Of a DNA stretch of 64,000 nucleotides, positions 49,586-62,452 are shown piece after piece. The stretch's first letter is position 1. Each line of letters opens with the position of its first letter. Below the pieces are notes generated by a model. That model was not told the DNA's origin and did not search any database. It worked only from the letters and a program-made list of their open reading frames with translations. The DNA comes from the human T2T-CHM13v2.0 reference genome, Homo sapiens. Location: the NCBI RefSeq assembly GCF_009914755.1, contig NC_060938.1. The stretch is one strand, 5' to 3'. The position numbers and the translations under genes are program-made.

Positions 49586-50535
49586 AGTAAAGGTGTCATG
49601 AAAGTTTAAGTCTTAGACTCCCTGGCAACCTTTTCATCAGCACAGAGTAAATTCTCCAGACTGTTATTATCAGTGCTGAAGAGTGTATACAATGTGTGCA
49701 CAACTTAAGGAATAATAGCAAGATGGACACTAGTGTACCCACCTCCCACAGTATTACTAGTACTTTGATACACTGTTTGCCCTCCCTGCCGCCATTCACC
49801 CCCTCTCTCCCAGGGATAACCACTCTCCTAAATTGTTATCTTTTCTGTGTTTTTCATTATAGTATGAATTTCTCTCTATTCTGTTCCATTGGTCTACTTG
49901 CCTACCCTACACTAAAATCACCCTGTCCAAGTCACTGAAGCTTTCCAGTGAAGTCTTCAGTTCTGGTAGGTCAAGTGAAATCCCCCTCCACCTTCTCACG
50001 CCTTCAACTCCAGTTCTTTTTCAGGGCTGTCTTGACTATTCTTGTTCCTTCACAGATTTAGTCTTAACATTCATGATTAATCATTATTTGCATAAAAACT
50101 AAAAGAAAATTAGAGGATGAGAAGTTGACTCCTTTAGCGAGCCTCTCAGTCGGCCAACCTGGTTTGAATTCTGGCTCTCTATACTGCCTGTGCTGCCTTA
50201 GACTAGTTATTTAACCTCTCTGAACCTGGCTTCCTCATCTGTGAAATGCAGTTAATATTAGCACCTACTTCATAGGATTGTTGTGAGGAGTACAATGTGA
50301 TAGGCAAAGCACTCAGAACATTGCCTGGAAAGTGCTCAACAAATGGCAGCTATTTGTTTTGTCACTGCTGACTTTGAATAGCCAGGGAGCTTCTGAAGTC
50401 ACACTGCCCTCAGCTGGAAACCTGGCTGTCCCCAACCAGCTGCATAACACTGGACCACTTTCTTTCTCTCTTCAAACCTCTGTTTCTGAATTTGCATAAT
50501 GGGGATAATATTAGGGTTGTTTAAAGATGACATGG

Positions 50536-51240
<705 letters not shown>

Positions 51241-52469
51241 CATAGATTTAATTTTTGAAGTGAATTGCATCTTAAGGCTAAAAATGGTCTGTACCCTTGC
51301 TTCTGAGTATCTACAAAAACACTTGCCTGGGAGTCATTGGAAAAGAATGCTGGCAGTAACAAAAAGTTTATAAAATCACCTCTTGTGATCTTGCAACTTT
51401 TCTTTGCTTTCAACTATCAGAGGTGCAGGGAGGAGAAAGTGTTCCTTACTCAGGGCGGGACTCTCTTTCCTGGGTCCCTCCTCTGGTTCCACAGCCTGCT
51501 TTACTGGCTGAGGGCAGACAATGCAAAGCCATGTCTTAACTTGATTTCCAGAATCAGAGGAAAGTTTAACATAACAAAATTTTATAGCTCCTGCCCAGTA
51601 ACATATATTACTTTAAAAAAATAAAAATACCTTTCCCTTATCATGCATTATTCTTTTACATGTACATTTTTCCTGATGTATTGAAGTAATATTCCACGGT
51701 TTCCTATGAGTTGGAGGTTTTATGGCCCTTCTGTGGCAGATCAGACTAAACATAATTCATTCATAGCTACTTAGTGCTCAGGGAAATAAACCCCTGAACT
51801 TAAATAACTATGGTGTGACCTCTGTAAAATATTATTTATGGCTTTAAAACTACTATTATGTAGATATCAAGATGTGCCAAATGTTATAAACCAAACACCA
51901 GCCAGCAAATGGGACAACTACTACTCCATTTATTTTTTTCTTTCCTTCCTGGATACTTCTCTGCAAATACTACTTCTGTTTAAATGGATTCTGGGGTAAT
52001 TACCAGGCAGGGGAAAGCAATGTTTATTTACATTTTATTATAGAATATTACAGTAAGTAAAAAATTCTCTTTCATAAAGAAGCACCACAAAAATGTGAAC
52101 ATTCATTAACATACTGGAGTTTAATAGGAAATACATTGATTACTTTTGAGCATAAAGTAACTACCCTCACTATCAATGAACTAATGTAACCCATCTGCTA
52201 TTCATTTTTGCAAATTAGTTTATGGAGGAAAACCTGATTGTACGTTTAAGTTATCCAGATGGGATACGCTGAGCATTTCCATGCTGTTAAGAATATACGT
52301 GCATTCTCAGCTGTCTTTAAGATCTTCAGTGTTTAGAGTGCCATCTCTGCATCTTACATTATTAGATGCATCTCTGCATCCAATAATTTCCTGAATTATT
52401 TCCTATGCATTCAACTATCTTGTAGGAAACAAAATGTTCACTGGTAAGAAAGTAATGGAGTCATTGGTT

Positions 52470-53430
52470 TCCTAGTTGTCATTCAGCTAATGTTTGAGGA
52501 CCCATCATGTGCTGGTTATGGTACTTGGCACTGGCAATAAAGATGAATGAGAAAAAAATTCTCACCTCTTGTAGGACTAGCAGCCTGAATATGGAGATAG
52601 ATAAATGAATAATCAGCTTCTAGGCACATAGCAAATGCTCCGAGAAAGAAATGGAATAAGTACTAAGAGAGGATGAGGGTTAAGGATAGGGCATGGGAGA
52701 GGCAAAGAAGACTTGCAAAGAACTTCACAGAGGTGAAAACACAGAGTAAAGTCTTAAGGAAGAATGAATGAGTAAATTCTGGTGGTCAGGTGGAGGAGCA
52801 AGACCAGCATGAGCAAAGACACGGAGGTTAGGGCCTCTTTAAATCATTCAATATGGCTGGAATTTGGTGGGGTGTTGGAGGAAAAGTGGATGAAGATTTA
52901 GAACGAGGCCAACCATGAAGGTGTGTATGTCCTGCTGAGTTTACTTTCTCCTGTAGGCTGTGGGTAGACAGGAGTGATTTTGCATTGAGGGGTAACATGA
53001 TAAGACTTGTGTTTTATGTAGCTCATTGTGGCTGTGATGTGGAGAATAAACTGGAGCCCAATTAGGAGGCTTCTCCAACTTTCAGATGAGAAGTAGCAAA
53101 GCCCTGGGCCAGGGCAGTGATAAAGAGAGAATTGACTGAAAGTGCATTTGGGATATAGAAGCAACAGGATCTGATAACTAGGTTGATTCTAAGAGGAAAC
53201 AGAAAGGGAGAAATCAGGGAGGCAATTCAGGGCTCCTTGAGGGGATAGAGGAGTCATTTTCAGCATCTGATGCTATTCTTGGAAGGATGGGTTTGGAGAA
53301 GTGGCCAATGAAGTTAGTATGGCCCATACAGAAGTTACAGTACCTATAGGGAGGGCATTTAGACGTGTTCAAGAGGTTTTTGGAAATGTGAGTTTGGAGA
53401 GAAGTTAGGGTTGGAGACACAGATTATGCC
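52470..53430 (+). mobile_element. L2 remnant (strand as read for the purine-rich side; boundaries approximate)
   Basis: Degenerate L2 3' pattern (CATTCAGCTAATGTTTGAGGACC..ATGTGCTGG, CATTGTGGCTGTGATGTGGAGAAT). Confidence 0.55.
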
Positions 53431-54874
53431 ACTTATATATATGATGTTCAGTAATGTTTTTAAAGATACATGAAAGTGAATATATGAGCTAATTGGCTCA
53501 TCTAAGTAAAACTTAAGACCACAATTCAGTTGTTGGCAAACTACATTGAAATAACAGATAAGTCTTCATCCTTCAAGACCTGTAGGAAAAAATGAAAAGA
53601 ATAGAAGCTGTTTTACATGCTGTCACTTAGCATGAATAGGAAATGTTTCCTTTCCCATTTTGGATTCTTTAACAAAAATTGGAAATGTCTTTTACTTATT
53701 AAAATCATAACAAGTATTAATCAAGCCTTCCTTTGAAAATACTCATGGTCCATTCCAATGATTGTCATTGCCTCATCCAGAAGTTATGCTTTCTTTTCTT
53801 TTAGAACATCACCTACTTTTATAGAGTTCTGTACAAAACTGAGCAAAATATAAAGGAATATATTTCTACCTCATTGGTCTTGATGACTTTCTAACACCTC
53901 ATGCATTTTGATGGATAAGATTAATGCGACCATATAGTGTCAAGCACCTTGGACTTTCAGAACAAAGCCCTTTTAGAAGAACAAAGTATCATTATTAATG
54001 ACACATCATTTACAGCTTTCATCGGTAATGTAAGGCTTCAGCCACTATAATGGGAACTTAGTTAAGAGCTCAATGTAGAGGGCAAGGCTATTAGCTAAGG
54101 TTCTTGACAGTAATACCTTTTGCTCCTAAGGAAAAAGACAAATCGCACTTAAATTGATCAAAAAGACAAGCCAAGGGGTTCAGAAAGAGGTGAGCCACCA
54201 TTCGCTTACTAAATTTCTCAAAGCCCTTGTCATCAATGAGTCCTGGTGGTGAGCCATGCCCTCATCATGGGTTTCCTTTGCTGCCAATCCCCTGCCTTCT
54301 AGGTATCCTGCTCCTCCAGAAAAATGCCTCATGCTTCAGACCTCATCTTTCCCTTTATTCTCCTCTCCTGTCTCCCTACAACCCCCAAAGTTTCTTGGGT
54401 TTCATTGCCACAGGATTTTTCTCTGTCCTACATGAACTCGGACAGCAAAGTACATTAAATAAAGGAATGCTGGTTTGCTCCGGTAACCTAATTGACATGA
54501 GTACCGCTAATGACGGCAATCTTAATGCAAGGTGGCAAAGCAGTGGGGACGCATTTTTTCCTGAATATGCGTTGTCAGTGTATTCAGTGTATTGTTGTAT
54601 TACTAACAATCAAGTAAATAATGGAGGATGCCTGTGTACATAGCATCAACACTATTAGAAAAATTGGCAAATTCCTGACGAACTGCTGCTCTTATGTAAG
54701 AATCTCTTTGGGACCTTAATGTACTTCAGGTTCATGAAGACCTTCTTAACGACTCTTTTGCAACTACTCTGTTTTGGTTGGAGGAGACTTAAGAGACATT
54801 TTCCTGGGGAAAAAAAAATTAAAGTTAATTTTTTTAAAAAGAATGCCATCTAAAATCAGCCAGCTCTGTTTTAG

Positions 54875-55337
<463 letters not shown>

Positions 55338-55496
55338 TAGAGAGTTACTCAAGATTGTTGAGATCTCCTATGACAGGAAGACGGCAACAGACTTAAAGTA
55401 AGGTAGAAAGGGTTTTGATTATATATTATGAAGTGATATTTGCTCTAAAGGAAATTCCAGACTATTAGTCTGTCTCTGAATCTTAATAATTACATA

Positions 55497-55810
55497 GGCC
55501 GGGTTTGGTGGCTCACACCTGTAATCCCAGCACTTTGGGAGGCCAAGGCGGGCAGATCATTTGAGGTCAGAAGGTCAAGACCAGCCTGACCAACTTGGTG
55601 AAACCCCATCTCTACTAAAAGTATATAAAAATTAGCTGGGCGTGGTGGTGTGCACCTGTAATCTCAGCTACTTGGGAGGCTGAGACACGAGAATCTCTTG
55701 AACCCAGGAAGCGGAGGTTGCAGTGAGCCGAGGTTGCAGTGAGCCAAGTTCACATCACAGCACTCCGGCCTGGGCAACACAGTGAGACTCTGTCTCAAAA
55801 AAAATAATAA
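55497..55810 (+). mobile_element. AluS with an internal 16-bp tandem duplication (GAGGTTGCAGTGAGCC x2)
   Basis: Read directly at 55714-55745. Confidence 0.9.
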
Positions 55811-57569
55811 TAACAATAATTTTATAGTGAGCAAATTGGTTAGTTGATTTGATTGTGGAGATACCTGGAAAATCTTTGTCATATTATTGTTTTAATTTTT
55901 TTTAACCATCTGAGAAAATACAGTGACATATTATTGTTTTAGGAGCTCTCACCAACTACTTTACTTTCTCTTTTATGCTTTTATTTTACAAAGTTAGGTC
56001 AAAGCTCATTTCCAGTCCAATTGTTGAGGTTCACTCTTTTCTATCTCACTTCCTGAAGATACTTCTAGCTAGTGAACATTTACTGGGCAACAAGGGAATT
56101 CAGGCCAACAAGAACCTGGAAGCCTGAGACACCAGACAAAATGTTACAGCACAGGGATCATTGCAGGAAAACGTTTCCCATTTCAGTTTTAAAGTTTCTG
56201 CTGCTTTGAAGTCCAAAATATCCAATAAATAATTGCAATTTATAATTGAAGTAAAATGCAGAAGACTACTACAAAAATTTTTAAATTGACATTTATTAAA
56301 TTCAAACAGTATTTGAGGACTATCTAGTTTATATACATATTGAGGTTGATAAAGTATTGAGGACTATCTAGTTTATATACACGTTGAGGTTGATAAAGTT
56401 CAAATTCTGTTTTAGGAAGTTAACAATGAATTGAGTTCATTTTAACTGAATGTTACTATAAAAGATGGTTTTCTTGCTGCAATGTAAATCTGCTATTAAG
56501 AAATTAGCAAAGTGGCTGGTGGTGTTTGTGCCTTTAAGATCATCGTTCAAAAGAATTCAGCAAACTCGATAACAAAGGTAAGACAAACATAACCTTTATT
56601 CTCTCTCAAAAACCCAGAGAACAGGGCCTGGAACCATATTCGTTAATTTAACCAGAATCAGAATACTTTAACTTTCATAGTCTCATTTAAAATTTTATAG
56701 CAATATACTGACCATTCTAAAAATAACAAAATACATGTTGCTCTCAACTACATAGTTAAAAAAGGTAGTAAATTCTCTTACCCAAAATAGAGGAGGGGTG
56801 GGCTAGTGAGCTGCTCAAACATTTGTAACAAATAAAAATGTATCTATATACATATAATGATCATGTTTTCATAGCCTAAAATCACCATACAAAATCTAAT
56901 AATAAAATTGTGTCGTGTTCAGGAGTTGGGAAGCCAACACATTAAATTAACAAAGTATTTTTGGTATATGTAAATAATGGGATAGAATCTCTCGAATCAG
57001 GATTGTCCCAGAAGTTCTAAGGCAGATGTCAATGACATGCACATTGTCCATGTTCAGTAATTTTCAAAGACTAGAATAAACTATGTAAACTATTCAATAC
57101 AATTCAATATTACTTAACTGCTAAAAAGTACTTCAAGATCTTGCACTGCCTTGAGTGAGTATAATCAAATTAGTAATTGGAAAATAGCTGTAATAGCAGG
57201 CACTGAAGAATTCTGACAAATACCAAATAACTGTTTGTTTTTACCAAATAAACTGGTAAGATGATATCACAAAGGGTTTTAAGTTATTTTGCTGTACAAG
57301 GTTTTTAAAAATAAACTATTGCTTCTTAGAATAACTTTAAACATACTGATTGATGTTAATCAATAAAATCAATGGAATGATTTTAGTTGAGTGTAAACTT
57401 CATCTCAAAGGTTCAAATAATCTTAAGAATCTAGTTTACATATAAGACTATATATGCTTTAACATTGATTCAAATATGATTACTAGAAATCAATAGATTT
57501 CATTTGAAAAGATAAAAAAAATTTTTTTTCCAGGTCCAAGGGAAAAGGTATGAATGAAGCCCTTTCTAA

Positions 57570-57570
<1 letters not shown>

Positions 57571-57618
<48 letters not shown>
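57571..57618. repeat. (CA)24 microsatellite in the TMEM30B 3'UTR
   Basis: Read directly. Confidence 0.95.
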
Positions 57619-57620
<2 letters not shown>

Positions 57621-58039
57621 GACAAAGAACACTGAGCTAGGAGACATAGATGTGACTTTAGGGAACTTACTTTCCCTCGAAGATCTCTTCCAGCTATCTG
57701 ATTCTACGTTAAAGCATTTCCTCTGAACTGTACAAACTGGCCTCACATTTTCGAGTTTCTACACAGTACCTGGCAAAGTTTGCCTGTTGGCTTTTACACC
57801 AAAATACTAAAATATCAAATGAATCACATAAACCCTGTCCTACAACTCTGTATGCCAACTAGTTTTCCCCAGATAGTAATTTTTTAAAAATTCATTCCAC
57901 AAATCATCAAGAGCTTCCTACGTTCAAGGCAGAGTGCCAGACCAAACCTGGAACATCATGGTTGTCACTGCCCCTGGGAACAAATTACTATCCGAAAAAG
58001 TGAATTCAGTTGACTGCTTCAGGCCCAACCTGGTTCAGG

Positions 58040-58400
58040 GTCGTGATTCCCAAATTTGAGGGAATATGGGACTCTCCAGTGGAGTTTGTTAAAACACAGC
58101 TTCGAGGATCTCATCCCAGCCTTACTGTGTCTGAATCTCTGTTTGGTGTCTCCTAATCTACCTGCATATTTAACAAGCATGTTCTCCCTCACGCCTCCAC
58201 GTCTCTGCAGGTAATTTGTGGGCCTCACTCTCCATTCCAGCCCACTCTCCCCGACCAAAGAAAAGAAAACCACTGTACTGTAGTGGCGAAAGCCCTGGAC
58301 TCAAGATTCAGGAGTCACTTGCAGCTGCCTGATCTTTGTTACTTCACATTGCTAGGTCTCTCAATCTCTTCCTCTAATAGGGGTTTAATAGGAGTCTCCA
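58040..58400. mobile_element. MER5A-like (58040-58200) and MIR-like (58275-58400) remnants in the TMEM30B 3'UTR
   Basis: GGAGTTTGTTAAAACACAG..TGCATATTTAACAAGC; GTAGTGGCGAAAGCCCTGGACTC. Confidence 0.55.
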
Positions 58401-58609
58401 TAGGGATCCCTTCCACTCTCAGACTTGAAGAACCTCACATGGCAACTCAGTGTCGTGAAGGAGGTGGGAAGAGTTTGCAAGGATGTTTCACTCTGCAGTC
58501 AACATCCCTCCCCGCGGCAAGACAGTCTAGCAGCCCCCCAAGAGCAAGGGGGGTAATTCCCTTATCTGGTCCCCTCATTCACAAAGGGAGGAAAAGCTAG
58601 GCGAGGTTG

Positions 58610-60260
58610 GAATTGGGTGACGGGCGAGGAGGAGATGCCAAAAGCACCTTGCAAGAGTTTTGGCAAGAAGCAGGAGGGATCCCTGGAAAGCCGGAATCAC
58701 TCCTCGTCGTCGTCGTCCTGGTCCTGGTAGCGAATGTAGACGACCAGCATGACAAAGCCGGTGAGGATGCAGAGGGAGCCGACGACCAGGTAGGCGATGC
58801 CCAGGAAGGGGTTCTTGCCACCCATCCACGAGATGCTGCTGAAGATGAGGAGCTTGTGGCCGCCGAACGCGCGCACCGGGTAGTTGTAGGTGATGTTGAC
58901 GCGGTAGGCGCCCCGCGGCAGCCCGGCCGAGTAGTTGCCCTGGCGGATGCGCGCGTACAGTTTGCGGAACGTGGGCAGCGCCGCCGTGCGCATCCACACC
59001 ACGAAGTCCTGATTGATGAAGCCGGTGTTGTTGGGGTCGGGGCTGAGCTCGTAGACTGGCCGGCGCCAGTTGGGCGGGGGCGCCGTGCCCTGGAAGGCCA
59101 ACGCCAGGCTGCCGTTGACCAGCGGCGGGTTGCGGAACTTGACGTGGTAGTCGGTCCACCAGGCGATGCCGGAGCGGTCGAGCGGCACCTCGACGTAGGG
59201 CCCGCCGGGCTGGCGCTGGTGCCAAAGCGAGAAGGAGTCGTTGAAGAGGCTGTTGGCGATGGCGCCGCAGGGCGCGATGGGCAGGCCGGCCGCGCTGCGC
59301 TGGTAGGGGGCGCACTCGTTGACAGGGTGGCGCAGCGCGCTGGGGAGTCCGCTCAGCTGCGCGTCGTCGCGGGACACGCCGTAGCGCCGGTTGTTCTGGT
59401 AGAAGTTGGTCAGCTCGTAGTAGAGGTACACTGGGCCCTGGAAGAGCTCGGGCAGCGAGAAGTACCAGGCGCACGAGCAGGGGGGCGGCAGCGCCCGGCC
59501 CTGGCCAGCCGCGGCGCACACCGAGCAGTTGCCGGTGCCCGGGTCGCCTGTATAGTCGTACTCCAGCTCCTTGATGCCGTTGGAGGAGTAGTAGAGGCCC
59601 AGGCCCAGGCCGATGAAGGCCAGGCCCGCGCAGAAGAAGAGCGGCAGCGCGATGCTGGCCGACAGCAGCGGCTGCCAGGCGGGGAGGCGCTGCTGAGTGA
59701 AGGCGGTGTTGTCGGGCTGGTGGGCGCCCCGGGCCGTGGCGCTCCAGGTCATGGCGGCCGCGCGGGGACCGACGCGCGGGCTGACCGAGTGGGGGCCCCG
59801 CCGCGGGGCGCCTCCCTCTCCGCGCCGCGCAAGCCCGGGGACTGCTCGCGGGTCGGGTTTCCCGCCAGCTCAGGTGGGTTTTTGCCCGGGCCCCTCCTCT
59901 GCCTCCGTCACAGGTGAGTTTAGTTCCAGGCCCTACGAGCAGTGCCCACACCCTCCCAGTTCCGCCTCCGCCCAGGTGCGCTGCACCCCCGCGGGTCACC
60001 GGGAGCCGCACCTCGCCCGCCCCTTCCGAGGTGAGCAGGTGGGTGTTTTTTACCTCACCTGGTAGACTCAGTCTCGCGTTTCCTCTCAGTCCAGGTCATC
60101 GGACTCCACCTCCTCTCCTAGGTGAGTGGCGGCCCCGGGCTGCCTCTGAGTGGCTCCTACCTGGCTCAGGTACCACCTTCTCTTCCGCCTTCCAAGTGAC
60201 TAGAGTTCCTGGGCCAGTCTCCCGAAATCAAAAGGCGCTCCGGCCTCCAGCAGAAATTTT
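58610..60260. promoter_or_regulatory. CpG island covering the TMEM30B CDS and promoter
   Basis: Very high GC and undepleted CpG; GC box near 60015; KLF-type CCACACCC at 59946-59953; multiple CAGGTG E-boxes. Confidence 0.9.
58697..59752 (-). CDS. TMEM30B: TMEM30B / CDC50B, P4-ATPase flippase beta subunit, 351 aa, single-exon CDS
   Basis: ORF has CDC50/LEM3 family motifs ([68 protein letters not shown]), two hydrophobic TM segments, a GCCGCCATG Kozak context and no introns. Confidence 0.98.
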   Translation of the reverse strand: MTWSATARGAHQPDNTAFTQQRLPAWQPLLSASIALPLFFCAGLAFIGLGLGLYYSSNGIKELEYDYTGDPGTGNCSVCAAAGQGRALPPPCSCAWYFSLPELFQGPVYLYYELTNFYQNNRRYGVSRDDAQLSGLPSALRHPVNECAPYQRSAAGLPIAPCGAIANSLFNDSFSLWHQRQPGGPYVEVPLDRSGIAWWTDYHVKFRNPPLVNGSLALAFQGTAPPPNWRRPVYELSPDPNNTGFINQDFVVWMRTAALPTFRKLYARIRQGNYSAGLPRGAYRVNITYNYPVRAFGGHKLLIFSSISWMGGKNPFLGIAYLVVGSLCILTGFVMLVVYIRYQDQDDDDEE

Positions 60261-61632
60261 TGCTGAGGGCTTGCACCGTGGTCCTGGAGGCTTGAAGATT
60301 TCAGATCCTTAATCCTCTGTTATTTGCGGGGAAAAGGTGGCTCTAGACCATTTTGTCTTTTAGGTTAGCTTCACAAACCGCTTTCGCCCAGCTTTCAGTC
60401 TCAAGTTGGGAGTGTCCAGGGAATTACGTTATGATAAATCTGTTTCGAATTCAACGCCTGCGTTCAAATTTTAGCTTTTTTTTTTTTTTTTTTTTTAAGG
60501 GAAAATGATTTTCTGGCCAGATCACCCAGTCTGGCTGTATAACTAGGAAATGTGGAAAGTTCTCTAAAAATAAAATCATCCTTAAAAAGAATCAAAGGCT
60601 GGAGAGGTTCAGAGCCTTTAAATAACTCTCTAGCTGGTGTGGAGAAACCAAGAAAGGAAAAAATGTGCTGGACTACATGTGATTTCGTTTTCTTTTCAGA
60701 TTATTTGCCTGACTAGAGAAAGGCCCAATCCAAGGTCCCAGGAGACCTAGCTGCTATCCACAAAAACATCTGGAGTGTCTGGCCTAAGGAAGTAAACTAC
60801 AAGGATTTATAGGATTTATTATAAAAAGAACTCAAATTAGCTCCCTATGTTGCCTGGGATTCTGGCTTTTTTTTTTTTTTTTTTAAATCTAGGTTGGTAA
60901 AACATATACAAGGGGGTATTGGGACGTTCTGATTTCTTACTAAATCTAAATCTTCCCTAGGTATTGTGTTCTTGCTTCTCCTCCAGCTTGTAAAATGCAA
61001 GTAATACAAATGTTTTCTCTATTACACTACACCTAGCATAATATATTATATTCAGGAGTCATTCAAAACCCATTGAACTTGGAAAGTTAAAATCCTTATT
61101 AAATTTAACAGAGGAATGTTGTTAGCATCTTCCAAGTGTTCAGTCCTATGCTAATTAGACAAAAAAGGACCTTTGACCTCAAGGCATTTGCAGTTTGATA
61201 GGGGACATATTAGGAGTAAGAAACAATCAAAATAGCCAATAATAGCTATGAATCATAGGGTGTAATCAAGTATCAAATTGCATTCTACAAGTCACACTAA
61301 AATTAAAAAGTAATATTGATTTAATAATGGAACATTGATTCCAGTTTGTTAAATGAATGCAAGTTGGAAACCAGGTATTATAGAAGACTGAGGGAAATTC
61401 AAGTGACTTGAATTTCAATTCCCTCACTTCTTATCATACCCAAAGAGAGGAAGTTCCAAAATTCTCAGCAAGTTCCCACAGTGTGATCCAGTCTCCAGTC
61501 ACCCTTTTTTTCAATAAAAGAATAAATAGTTCTTTGTATCATTATGGTTGAGTTCCACCCACCCGTTTCATTGAATCACTAGTCCACAAAACTCGTCTCT
61601 AGGAAGGAATTCAGTTTTCACAACTTTTGTAG

Positions 61633-61765
61633 ATTTTTTTTTTTTTGAGAGAGAGGTGTCTCCCTCAGTTGTCCAGGCTTGTCTCAAACTCTTGAGCCCA
61701 AGAGATCCTTCTGCCTCAGCCTCCCAAATTGTTGGGATTATAGGTGTGAGCCATCACACCAAGCC
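61633..61765 (-). mobile_element. FLAM / Alu monomer
   Basis: Antisense monomer. Confidence 0.8.
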
Positions 61766-62162
61766 TATCTGGTAAATCTTAAGTCTTTTTTCTAGTAGAT
61801 CACCACCACACCCCTAAAAGGGCAAGCCCCATTCTTGAGCTCAGAGCCTTTCCTCCTTTTCTCCTATTCCTGGATGGCCTAAAGGTACTAGTTTATTCAT
61901 TCCACTAATTAAGGTGACAGATTTTCAAAGTCAAAAGAGAATATTTCAAGACAAGGAATGGTCAGCAGAGTTAAACACAGCTGAGGGTTCAAGTGAGATA
62001 AATGAAAAGGAATTATGGGGTTTGACTTTTGTGGGAACACTTTGGGTGGTTTGTGTGGCAGGAATGAGGTTACCATCAGGTGCAGGGAAAGGGAAGCAGA
62101 TAGCAAGATAGGAAGACACTCTTTTTTTATTTTTATTTTTATTTTTTGGAGATGAGGTCTTG

Positions 62163-62452
62163 CTGGGCATGGTGGCTCATGCCTATAATTCAAGCACTTC
62201 GGGAGGCCAAGGCAGGAGGATCACTTGAGCCCAGCAGTTTGAGACTAGCCTGGGCAATATAACGAGATCTTGTTTCTACAAAAAATAAAAACAAATTATC
62301 TGGGTGTGGTGGCATGTGCCTGAGGTCCCAGCTACTCAAGAGGCTGAGGTGGGAGGATAGCTTTAACCAGGGAGTTATGATTGCGCCACTGTACTCCAGC
62401 CTGGACAACAGAACAAGACCCTGTCTCAAAAAATAAAAATAAAATAAAAAAA
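62163..62452 (+). mobile_element. AluJ preceded by an inverted copy of its own 3' end
   Basis: Dimer; inverted arm at 62119-62162. Confidence 0.88.

Larger units (their letters stand above)
56275..58696 (-). other. TMEM30B: Probable TMEM30B 3'UTR; candidate AATAAA signals (TTTATT on +) at 56595-56600, 56292-56297 and 55980-55985
   Basis: AU-rich sequence downstream of the stop codon; the signals at 56595 and 56292 have U/GU-rich downstream tracts; the exact end is inferred. Confidence 0.7.

Noticed and set aside
54227-54643. 138-aa ORF downstream of TMEM30B
   Set aside because: No recognisable domain or coding-like composition; length is within chance for a six-frame scan of 64 kb.
58607-59917. 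436-aa antisense ORF
   Set aside because: TTG start, no Met, mirrors the TMEM30B codon register; a GC-bias shadow with no recognisable domain.
58575-60011. 478-aa alternative-frame ORF overlapping TMEM30B
   Set aside because: GTG start, no internal Met seen, low-complexity R/P/A/G composition; expected from stop-codon scarcity in a GC-rich CDS.
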